A stretch of DNA of 20,000 nucleotides. Origin: Chiloscyllium plagiosum. Its lineage: Eukaryota. The DNA lies in NCBI RefSeq assembly GCF_004010195.1, contig NC_057718.1:19713559-19733558 (forward strand), written 5' to 3'. The notes beneath the pieces were generated by a model that was not told the origin of the DNA, did no database searches, and saw nothing but the letters and a program-made list of their open reading frames with translations. This document shows positions 1 through 9,806 of this stretch, piece after piece. A program made the position numbers and the translations under genes. The first letter of the stretch is position 1. Each line of letters opens with the position of its first letter.

Positions 1-9
1 CTGAATCAA

Positions 10-125
10 TAAAAGCAAATACTGCAGATGATGGATATCCAAAGAAAAACATGAAATTACTGGAAAATTCAGCAAATTTAGCAATATCTGCAGAGAAACA
101 GAATTAATGTTTCAAAACCAGTAGA
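10..125 (-). mobile_element. Old Penelope-like element 3'-terminal remnant
   Basis: AAATACTGCAGATGATGG...CTGGAAAATTCAGCA...GCAATATCTG...AATGTTTC parallels, in the same order, the younger PLE termini in this window (ACTGCAGATGCTGG...CTGGAAAAGCACAGCAG...GCAGCATC...ACGTTTC at 9644, 13477, 15114). Heavily diverged. Confidence 0.55.
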
Positions 126-139
126 TTTCTCCAAAAGTT

Positions 140-962
140 TAGAATCACAGAAGTGTTAAAGTGCAGATGGAGGCCATTCAGCACATCATGCCTGCATCAA
201 TTCGTTAAATGAGCATTATAACCTAGTGCCAATCTCCTGCTTTTCCCCCATACACCTGCACATTATTTTATCCAAATAATCATTCAATACCATCTTGAAT
301 GCTTCAATTGAGCTTGCCTCCAGTACACTTTGAGGTAGGGCAGTCAATATCCCAATTGCTTGCTGAGTGAAAATGATTTTCCTCACTTCATTCTTGCTTA
401 TTTTGAAGATCACTTTAAACCTATACCCTCTTGTTCTTTTCACAAGTAGGAACAATTAGATTAGATTACTTTACAGTGTGGAAACAGGCCCTTCGCCCAA
501 CACGTCCACACCGACCCGCCGAAGCGCAAACCACCCATACCCCTACATTTACCCCTTACCTAACACTAGCATGGCCAATTCACCTGACCTGCACATCTTT
601 GGACTGTGGGAGGAAACCAGAGCACCCTGAGTAAACCCACGCAGACACGGGGAGAATGTGCAAACTCCACACAGTCAGTCGCCTGAGGCGGGAATTGAAC
701 CCGGGTCTCTGGCGCTGTGAGGCAGCAGCGCTAACCACTGTGCCACCGTGCCGTATCTACTCTATACAGCCTGCTCATGACTTTGACAACCTCTATCGGA
801 TCTCTCCTTAGCCTTCCTCTCTCCATGGACAAGTCTCTCATCCCTAAAAACAGTCTTGTAAATTCACTGCTGCACTCCTTTGATGTGTTGATATTCTTCC
901 TGTAATGGAGTGCCAAGAACTGTACAAAATACTCCAGCTGAGGTCTAGTATGTATCTTACAC
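140..962 (-). mobile_element. CR1-clade LINE 3' fragment (ORF2 C-terminus plus 3' UTR), split by a SINE at 456-753
   Basis: Minus frames read RPQLEYFVQF...FTRL...LRRDPIEVVKVM...RVD (754-962) and continue past the SINE as LFLLVKRTRGYRFKV...FTQQAIGILTALPQSVLEASSIEAFK (216-455). These match the CR1 ORF2 tail motifs RPHLEYCVQFW, RTRGH and FTQRVV..WNALP. Confidence 0.85.
456..753 (-). mobile_element. HE1-like tRNA-derived V-SINE
   Basis: Reverse complement is nearly identical to the copy at 16085-16416: A box TGGCACAGTGG, B box GGTTCAATTCC, V-domain GGAGTTTGCAC..TTCTCCCCGTGTCTGCGTGGGTTT, CR1-type tail and (AATCT)n end. Carries an ~11-bp internal deletion near 568. Confidence 0.92.
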
Positions 963-1282
963 ATTTTAGCAGTAGAAATATGATGGGTATTTTGTTAAAA
1001 AGGGGAAGAGTTTCAGTTAGAACAAATAAGTAGGTCAGGTAGAGGCCAGGAAAGATTAAATGGCAAAGATGTCATGGAACAAAGGCAAAGGGAATGGGAG
1101 TGGTTGTGGTAAAGAAATAAATAAAACACAATTTAAAATCCAGTGATTGCAGTGATGAATCAAAGCACTGGTCAAGAGTAAGCATTAATGGCAGAATGAA
1201 AAACAGAATCAAAAAACAAAAGTCCAAACTGGTGCTGAGAAAAAAAGAATCAAAAGGGAGAACAGACTTCAGAGTTCATCTG

Positions 1283-1664
1283 GGTGAGATGGTGACGTAG
1301 TTGTAATGTCAGTGGACTAATAATCCAGAGGCTCTGTGGGCCTCTACAGCAGCTGGTGGTGAAATTTAGATTTTATTAATAAATCTGGAATATAAAGCTA
1401 GTTCCAGTAATGGTGACTATGAAACTACCACTCATTGTTATAAAGACACATCTGGTTCCACTAATGCCCTTTAGGAAAGGAAATGTGCTGCACTTACCTC
1501 GTCAGGCCTATGTGTGATTCCAGACATGGAGCTACGTGGCAGATTCTTAAACTGCCCTCTGTAATGTTCTAAAGACTGTTACTTAGTTCAAGTGTAATTA
1601 GGGACGGGCAACAATCAGTGGCCTCTCCAAAAATACCCACATCCCATGAAAGAACAAAGAAAAA
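1283..1664 (+). mobile_element. tRNA-headed SINE sharing head/body and tail with the LINE at 11420-15879
   Basis: A-box-like TGACGTAGTTG and an anticodon-arm-like GGACTAATAATCC; B box lost. Body GGAAATGTGC...GGCCTATGTGTGATTCCAGA...AACTGCCCTCT...ACTTAGTT aligns to ~11597-11691. Tail ends CCCACATCCCATGAAAGAACAAAGAAAA. Confidence 0.8.
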
Positions 1665-1669
1665 TACTC

Positions 1670-1694
1670 CAATATTTCAGATGATTATATTCTT
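1670..1694 (+). repeat. 25-bp direct repeat, copy 1 (copy 2 at 3604-3628)
   Basis: CAATATTTCAGATGATTATATTCTT versus CAACATTTCAGATGATTATATTCTT, 24/25 identical. Confidence 0.9.
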
Positions 1695-1750
1695 ATGATA
1701 GATGGCTTTAAACTGCATAATCTGAAGATGAGCTGCTGTTCCTCAAGCCT
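1695..1750 (-). mobile_element. Old Penelope-like GIY-YIG C-terminal remnant
   Basis: Reverse strand translates RLEEQQLIFRLCSLKPS, matching RLEEERLIFHLGTLQPQ of the PLE at 15103-15782. Confidence 0.65.
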
Positions 1751-1895
1751 GACTTTACTTCTAAACCTTGAATTTAAAGCATGTACAGCTTCATCCTTTT
1801 CATCAATGCAATCATCACTCAACGATTATCCTGGAACTTGTTCCTGAGAGACAACTGCATTTGAAACCTTTTTCAGAGATTGATATAACCCACTT

Positions 1896-2179
1896 GAGAT
1901 TAGATTCCCTTCAGTGTGGAAACAGGTCCTTCGGCCCAACAAGTCCACACCGACCCTCCGAAGAGCAACCCACCCCCCTCTGACTACTGTACCTAACACT
2001 ATGGGCAATTTAACGTGGCCAATTCACCTGACCTGCACATCTTTGGACTATGGGAGGAAACCGGAGCAACCGGAGGAAACCCATGCAGACACAGGGAGAA
2101 TGTGCAAACTCCTCACAGACAGTTGCCTGAGGCTGGAATTGAACCTGGGACCCTAGTGCTGTAAGGCAGCAGTGCTAAC
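1896..2179 (-). mobile_element. HE1-like V-SINE, second subfamily, slightly 5'-truncated
   Basis: Same V-domain and tail as 456-753, with variant segments (CCGACCCTCCGAAGAGCAACCC; GATTAGATTCCCT end). Confidence 0.9.
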
Positions 2180-2314
2180 TCGATTGATACAGAAATCTCT
2201 GTCTCCTCTGTTCTGAATAGTTTTTAAAATTGAATTGTCTAAACATGAAACTTTCTTAGAACATTGGGAAGATGTTGTATTAGTGACTTTGACATGAAGC
2301 ATCACCATTTGTGA

Positions 2315-2482
2315 GCGGCATGGTTAGCACTGCTGCCTCACAATGCCAGAGACCCGGGTTCAATTCCCGTCCAAAAATGTGCAGGTTAGGTGAATTGGCC
2401 ATTCTAAATTGCCCGTAGTGTTAGGTGAAGGGGGAAATGTAGGGGAATGGGTCTGGGTGGACTTGTTTCCACACTAAGTAAG
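2315..2482 (+). mobile_element. HE1-like SINE with several internal deletions (V domain removed)
   Basis: GCGGCA|TGGTTAGCACTGCTGCCTCAC...GGGTTCAATTCCC|GTCCAAA...GGGTGG|ACTTG|TTTCCACACT: collinear blocks of the 16085 copy with the intervening pieces missing. Confidence 0.88.
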
Positions 2483-2492
2483 ACTAGCTTTA

Positions 2493-3437
2493 CAAGGGCA
2501 CAATATACTCTGGGTGGGGGATTTTGAAGTCCACCACCAACAGTGGCTCAGCAGCAGCACTACAGATCTGGACGGGTCCTGAAGGACATAACTGCTAGAC
2601 TGAGTCTGCGGCAGGTGGTGAGGGAACCAACAAGGGGGAAAAAACATACCTGATCTCAACTTTACCGATCTGCCAGCCGTAACTGCATCTGTCCATGACT
2701 GTATTGGTAAGAGTGACCACCACACAGTCATTGTGGAGACAAAGTCCTGCCTTCACATTGAGAATAACATCCATCACGTTGTGTGGCACTATCACTGTGC
2801 TAAATGAGACAGGCATTGAACAGATATAGCAACTCAAGACTTGGCATCCATGAGGTGCTATAGGCCATCAACAACAGCAGAATTGCATTCCAGCATAACC
2901 TGCAACCTCATGGCCTAGCATATCCCCCACTCAACCATCAAGCTAGAGGATCAACCCTGGTTCAATGGGGAATGCAGGAGGACACGCCGAGAACAACACA
3001 TGGCATACCTAAAGATGTGATGTCAACCTGGTGAAGCCACCAACCAGAACTACTTGTGTACCAAACAGCATAAGCAGCAAGTGATAGACAGAGCTAAGCG
3101 ATTCCACAACCAACGGATCAGATCTAAGCTCTGCAGTCCTGCCACATCCAGTCATGAATGGTGGTGGACAATTAAATTACTCTCTGGAGGAGGAGGTTCC
3201 ACAAACATCCCCATCCTCAATGATGGAAGAGCCCAGCATATCAGTGTAAAAGATAAGGCTGCAGCTTTCACAGCAACCTTTAGTCAGAAGTGCCGAAAGG
3301 ATGATTCATCTTGGCCTCCTCTAGTGGTCCCCAGCATCACAGATACTAGATTTCAGCCAGTTTGATTCACTCCGTGTTATATGAAGAAACAGTTGCAGAC
3401 ACTGGATACTGCCAAAGTTACGGGCCCTGACAACGTC
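2493..3437 (+). mobile_element. Internal fragment of APE-RT LINE (CR1/Jockey-group-like; same family as 11420-15879)
   Basis: Translates NILWVGDFEVHHQQWLSS (APE GDFN motif), WWWTIK..SGGGGSTNIPILNDG and LDTAKVTGPDN. Collinear with ~12155-13020. Contains frameshifts and stops. Confidence 0.85.
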
Positions 3438-3603
3438 AAGGTGTGGTCACTGAATGAGTAATCTAGTATCAAATGGACATATTGAACTCTCTTCTGTTGA
3501 ACTGTCAGGTTCAGAGACTCCTTTGAACTAAATGAGTGTTGGTTTATCCCAGCTGGTAATATTTTCAATTCTGAGTCAGAAGATTTGAATTTAAACCACT
3601 CTT

Positions 3604-3628
3604 CAACATTTCAGATGATTATATTCTT
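3604..3628 (+). repeat. 25-bp direct repeat, copy 2
   Basis: See 1670-1694. Confidence 0.9.
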
Positions 3629-3934
3629 GTTGTTTGCAGAGAATAGGCAAAGTAAATCAATTCACACTGCTGTTCTGCAGTGGTTTGTTAACAGCTACAC
3701 TAACAACCAATTTAATAATCAGTCAAGCTTGTAACGTGACTCATTTATGTTTGCTAGGAGGGCTAGATATTCATACACCAGGACATATTCTCTTGAAGAA
3801 AAGACCAATTCTCTGCAAGAAAGTTCAAGCCCTGAAGCACTTTTGAATTATTTGGGAACTTAGAGGACGTACAGATCCCCTTCGCTTTTTCTACTGCAAT
3901 GCATCAGCATTGACTTGCCAACCAGATGTCTCCT

Positions 3935-4100
3935 GTAGAAGAGTACAGACATCTGAGAGGTTGGAGGGGCTAAAAGATATTATATGGAAAGGTTAGGGTG
4001 AGAACCTAGAGAGATTTGAAAATAACGATGAGGATTTTAAGATCAACACACTGGTTAGTTGAGAACAAATGTTCATCAGTTGTCGAAGGATGAAGTGAAT
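3935..4100 (-). mobile_element. Possible ancient L2-type LINE relic
   Basis: Purine-rich GAGAGATTTGAAAATAACGATGAGGATTTTAA segment resembles, from recollection only, the antisense strand of chondrichthyan L2 ORF2. No clean motif translated. Confidence 0.35.
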
Positions 4101-4703
4101 TTGGTACACTATAGACAAAATCTCAAAACATTTGACAGACACTATCTGACAAAAGCTAAACTCAATCTATTTCAACTTATTGGCTCAAGGATGAAATGGT
4201 TATACAGTCAGAACGGAGCTTGTGGCAAACAAACGTGTTGCAGGCTGAATGTGCCCTACAAGTTACAGTCCCGTTAAACTACATCTTGCTCATTTCAGTG
4301 AATATCTTAGTCATGAGTAAAGTAGATTGCCTATGCAGAGTATCAACTCCAAATTCCCTTTTCAGGGCTGGACAGTCTGCAAAGTAATGAATCAATTTTA
4401 TTGTGCAGAACACTGGGAATATATTCCTCAAGATTGCTTAACACTGAGTTATAAAATGGGTAGAATATAATCACAGCCACTGATTGTTAATTCACAGAAA
4501 TTATAGCCCAAGAAATTGTTTAGGTAAATTGAAGTAGTTGGACAGTCACTGTACATAAAGGTTTGAGAGATTGTCATGGGATAGCACGCCATGCCAATGT
4601 GCCCTAAAACATGGGTTAAGGTATGACAGGGAAGGGTGTCATATCACAATGTACTGGTACAACTTTAGAGAAATTTGATCTCACGATACTCCCTCATCCA
4701 TTG

Positions 4704-6213
4704 AAAATGGGGGAGATACTAAACGAATATTTTGCATCAGTATTTACTGTGGAAAAGGATATGGAAGATATAGATTGTAGGGAAATAGATGGTGACATCT
4801 TGAAAAATGTCCATATTACTGGGGAGCAAGTGCTGGATGTCTTGAAATGCATAAAAGTGGATAAATCCCCAGGAGCTGATCAGGTGTACTCTAGAATTCA
4901 GTGGGAAGCTAGGGAAGTGATTGCTGGGCCTCTTGCTGAGATATTTGTATCATCGATAGTCACAGGTGAGGTGCAGGAAGACTGGAGGTTGGCTAACGTG
5001 GTGCCACTGTTTAAGAAGGGTGATAAGGACAAGCCAGGGAACTATATACCAATGAGCATGACATTGATGGTGGGCAAGTTGTTGGAGGGAATCCTGAGGG
5101 ACACGATGTACATGTATTTGGAAAGGTAAGGACTGATTAGGGATTGTCAACATGTGTGAGGGAAATCATGTCTCACAAGCTTGATTGAGTTTTTTGAAGT
5201 AACTAAGAGGAATGATGATGGCAGAATGGTAGATGTGAGCTATATGGACTTAAGTAAGGCGCTCGACAAGGTTCCCCATGGGAGACTGGTTAGCAAGGTT
5301 AGATCTCACGGAATAAAGGGAGAACTCGCCATTTGGATACAGAACTGCCTCAAAGGCAGAGGACAGAGGGTGGTGGTGGAAGGTTGTTTTTCAGACTAGA
5401 GGCCTGTGACCAGTGGAGTGCCACAAGGATCGGTGCTCTACTTTTCGTCATTTATGTAAATGATTTAGATGTGAGCATAAGAGGTACAGTTAGTAAGTTT
5501 GTAGATGACACCAAAATTGGAGGGGTAGTGGACAGCGAAGATTACAACAGGATCTTGATCAAATGGGCCAATGGGCTGATAAGTGGCAGATGGAATTTAT
5601 TTCAGATAAATGTGAGGTGCTGCACTTTGGGAAAGCAAATCTTAGCGGGACATATACACTTCATGGTAAGGTCCTAGGGAGTGTTGCTGAATAAACAGAT
5701 GTTGGAATGCAGGTTAATTGCTCCTTGAAAGTGGAGTCGCAGGTAGGTAGGATAGTGAAGAAGGCGTTTAGTAGGCTTTCCTTTATTGGCCAGAGTATTG
5801 AATTCAGGAATTTGGAGGTCATGCTGCAGCTGTACAGGACATTAGTTCGGCCACTGATGGAATATTGTGTCCAATTCTGGTCTCCTTCCTATTGGAAAGA
5901 TGTTGTGAAATTTGAAAAGATTCAGAAAAGATTTACAAGGATGTTGCCAGGGTGAGGCTGAACAGGCTGGGGCTGTTTTCCCTGGAGCGTCGGAGGCTAA
6001 GGGGTGACCTTATAGAGGTTTACAATGGAGGCTGGTACAATTGCAACATTTAAGAGGCATTTGGATGGGTATATGAAGGTTTGGAGGGATATGGGCTGGG
6101 TGCTGGCAAGTGGGATTAGATTGGGTTGGGATATCTGGTCGGCATGGATCTGGTCGGCATGGACGTGTTGGACCGAAAGGTCTGTTTCCATGCTGTACAT
6201 CTCTATGACTCTA
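4704..6213 (+). mobile_element. 5'-truncated CR1-clade LINE (HER1-like, partner of HE1 SINE), decayed reverse transcriptase
   Basis: Motifs LNEYFASVFT, KSPGAD, WRLANVVPLFKKG, PGNY, DLSKALDKVPH, GVPQGS, FVDDTK and RPLMEYCVQFWSP across shifted frames. The 3' tail GTCGGCATGGACGTGTTGGACCGAAAGGTCTGTTTCCATGCTGTA matches the HE1 tail. Internal deletions near 5952 and 6025; 15-bp tandem duplication at 6133-6162. Confidence 0.93.
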
Positions 6214-8267
6214 AATTCATCATCTCAGCTATGTGCAGCAAGTTAACAGGTTACTTAATTCAGGAATAGCATGACTCCTGGTGCCTGCTCTGAGTAGCTG
6301 AGTTACTTGACTGATAAGTTACCCGACTACTTAATCTACCACAGACTCAAACTGGTAAAATGGTGCTCACATCTCATCACTTGAGTTTGGTGGTGGTGGT
6401 AAGTTGTGAGCAACATTGACAATGGGAGATTGTTTTTATACTAACAGAGTCCCGTAAGACATTTCTACTAAAATTGGTATCCATTTTGATATTGTACTTA
6501 TTTAAATCCCCATCTCATGCCATTCCACTCTTCCAATGCCATAACCATATCATCCTCATCCCATCCGTCCAATGCCAAGGTTGTACCTCCATCCCACCAT
6601 CAACTCAACCTCCAAACGGTTCAACTTGTTTCTAGGCTTGTTCCTTTCTCTTCTCTGCCAAACATTCCATCCTAAAGAGAACACATTGTTTAATAACGGG
6701 GGCAGCAGGTCATGGCCTCATTCTGAGGAACAGTCATTGGACTAGATGGAATGCACCCCGAAGAGGGTCACCATGGCATGTGACCATACCCTACAGAGAG
6801 GAGGAGGAAGAGAGTCTGCTTCCCCTCTGACCATAGTGGGGAGAGATGGCATCTCCTGCTAGTACCCTAGGGAGGATACCTTCTGTCATGGTTTTAAGTA
6901 AACAGCTCTCTGAAACAACATTTTTATAAATTTGTCATTCAACACATCCCACTGAAAAGTAATTCCTATCTACTCGTCACCTTACCAGTACCCTTGTCAA
7001 AAACAGCATCCAAAACTAAAGGCATTCCATATGGATGATACTCACACATCTCAAAACGTAATTTAATTCAGTATGCAGAATTCTTTTTTGTTCAAAATTT
7101 AGTTATCACCCACTTCCCTCAAGTAATGTTATTTACAAATTAGTTGTACAATCTCATCCAACAACCAACTCTGTCCTGGTCAAAAATGGCACTGATGATG
7201 AAACCCATGCATCATCCACCCAACAGAGGCACCCCTATTGTAACATCAGATACTGAGTACTGACGACAACAATTGTTGACCCATTTGGTAAGACTTCACC
7301 CAGAACAAGGGGAGAAGATCCTAAACCAATGGATGGATTTTTATACTGATCAAAGCAGTCCATACAGACAAAAGCCAAAGACAGCACTGTAATATAGATT
7401 TTAAAAGAAAAAGAACAAATTAAAAATTACAACACTGTGATCATAATGCTGTTTAGATGCTTTCAAAGTCCTGAAATAGCAAATGCAATATTGGAAATGT
7501 GATGGACTCAACTGAAAGGAATTTTTATAAGAATTAAATGCAAGAGTTATTCTTGAGTTTCAAAAGATTACATATTATTAATTCTTTTTTGATTAGAAAG
7601 AAAAAGCTGACAGTTTCGACAAGCAATGTGATCTAACTGAACATGGTAGAAATTTTTCTTAAAGGGGCCCTCATACTAATTATGCCCCAATAGTTGTACT
7701 GTTTAATCTAAAGTCTTGTCTATATGTCCATTACTTTAATTTAAATTTTGGCTGCTCACCATTTAAACCATTACACTCAAGTCCTTTATCTCAGTGTTAG
7801 ACTCACAGACTCATGACAGATTGGTCTACAATTTCACTGAAAGGAGAAGGGATCCAGATTTAGCAAAGTAAATGCCAAGACCTGGATCACTAATGCCAGA
7901 CTCTCTGAATCCAATCTGAAGTAACTTTAACAGTATGCAATTATGAGCCAATGGCCATACTGCAAATATGTAGGTTTTATTGGGGAACAGAAAACTGTGA
8001 AATATTGAGAGAATACTTTTTTCCCAAGATTTGTGCGTTTCTATCCTGGGGTTTAATACATTTCTTTTCTGCTTGGATTATTTTTCTCAGCACCATTTAA
8101 AATCACCATGACACCTAAGGTTACCCTGACATTCTATTTCTAGGCCACGGCAAATTTAACTCTCAGCAAACCAACTATTTTACTCTGACTGTGACTGAGT
8201 GCAGACAACTCTTATCATTATCATTCTTCAACTGGTTTCTAGAAGGTACATAACAGTGATGCTGTCA

Positions 8268-8638
8268 TTTATTCTTCATAGGATGTGGGTGCAGCTGACA
8301 GCACTTGTTGTCCATCTCCAATTCCCCACAAACTGCTTGCGAGGCTGTTTCAGAGTCAACTACATCTGCAATCACATGTAGTCCAGATCAAATAAGGACT
8401 GCAGCTTTCTTTCCCTAACGGATACGAGTGAATCAGGTGGTTTTTAAAATGACAATCGCTGGGACACCAGAGTACCTTGTACTTTACCACCTTGAGATAA
8501 TGGGCTGGTATTTCAGATTTATTAGCTGAATTAAGTTTACACCAGCTGCCTTGGTGGATTTGAGACCATATCCTCAAAGTGTTAATTTGGGCCTCTGGAT
8601 TATTTGAATGACATCATCATGATACTAACACCGCTCCC
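8268..8638 (-). mobile_element. Diverged second copy of the tRNA-headed SINE (family of 1283-1664)
   Basis: Reverse complement has TAATCCAGAGGCCC, GGCAGCTGGTG, AATAAATCTG, TTAGGGAAAGAAAG, CTACATGTGA and the tail CACCCACATCCTATGAAGAATAAA, in the same order as 1283-1664. Confidence 0.75.
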
Positions 8639-9628
8639 TTACAGTGTGTCACACACTTACTTTACCTGTTTGAAATCTCACTCCCTGATTTTTCCCATTT
8701 CCTGTTTTTTGAGGAATATCTAACTTCCTCATGGAACCTCCTCCTTAGTCGACTCATTCAAAATACAAGGTGCTTATTTACGGAAAGGTTAATGCAGTTC
8801 CAGACATTAGGAGTCCAGTGCAATTTAACGCATTCTACAAATTCATAATAACTGTGCCCAAAATATAAGTTTATTAGACATCACTGTTTTGCAACAGACA
8901 GAAAATGTGCATATCCTGAAATCTTTGAGGGACTTTAGCACACATGGAAAATAAATACTTTGTGCATGCTTTCTTCATCTGAACAACCACAATTTCCACA
9001 GACCATACATGCTGTTAGAGTGAATTGCTCCTGGGACCTCTTCGCTGTTTCCAGATTGTAGTGTCTACTACATGATACTCACAAGCAAAGCCAGGCAACA
9101 CCAATTTCCACATAGAAAAACCATCATGTCTTTTAATTAGGTTGGCATACTAAAGGATAGATACACCAGCATTTTTGGGCATTAATTAAAGATGTCTGAG
9201 GACCATGAACATGTGACAGTGTACTATTTTGGTTCTGCAGTTTCTGAACAAGGCCATAATTGGAAACCTAATCTTGGAATACTCTACTTTGGATTTAGAA
9301 CCTTCAGATAATGGCTGTAATGGAATTTCATGTCTGGGACATATTTCCATTTTTCAAGACTCTAAAGGATTAGGACTGACATTTTGTAAAGGATTGATTG
9401 TAAAATATATTACAGCAGTGGATATAAATACCCTGCAATTTGAATTTTTTTAAGCATTCATTTCTCATTCAAATTAGATAAGTTATCAATATGGGCAAAA
9501 CACTCGCACAAAATCCTCAATGGACCCACTCTCCTAAATTAACTTTCAATATGCATAGAGAAGTTCACTGAAAATGTGGTGGAAAAGGAAATTGCTGCAC
9601 TCAAGAACAACAAATCTCCCAGTAGAGG

Positions 9629-9806
9629 GAGGCGGAAGTGGGTACTGCAGATGCTGGAGATTAGAGTCAAGATAAGAGTGGTGCTGGAAAAGCACAGCAG
9701 GCACACATTCATTCCTGATGAAGGGCTTTTGCCCAAAACATCAATTTTCCTGCTCCTCGGATGCTGCCTGACCTGCTGTGCTTTTCCAGCACCACTCTAA
9801 TCTTGA
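9629..9806. mobile_element. 178-bp fold-back PLE terminal-repeat insertion with 13-bp TSD
   Basis: TSD CTCCCAGTAGAGG at 9616-9628 and 9807-9819. Inverted arms at 9664-9701 and 9772-9809 (37/38 complementary) enclose a hammerhead motif. Confidence 0.88.
9711..9745 (+). ncRNA. Minimal hammerhead ribozyme motif, degenerate (CpG-decayed GAAA box)
   Basis: ATTC-CTGATGA-A-GGGC TTTT GCCC-AAAA-CATC-AATT; sibling copies have GAAACGTCGATT. Confidence 0.65.

Noticed and set aside
1878..2189. GATTGATA as TSD of the HE1 copy at 1896-2179
   Set aside because: The left copy is offset ~10 bp from the SINE tail, and an 8-mer AT-rich match is inconclusive.
3540..3603. Possible decayed tRNA-like SINE head (CTGAGTCAGAAG)
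   Set aside because: The boxes are unrecognisable and no body or tail follows.
4623..5955. RT-like ORFs as a functional gene
   Set aside because: They are fragments of a 5'-truncated CR1 with stops, frameshifts and deletions.
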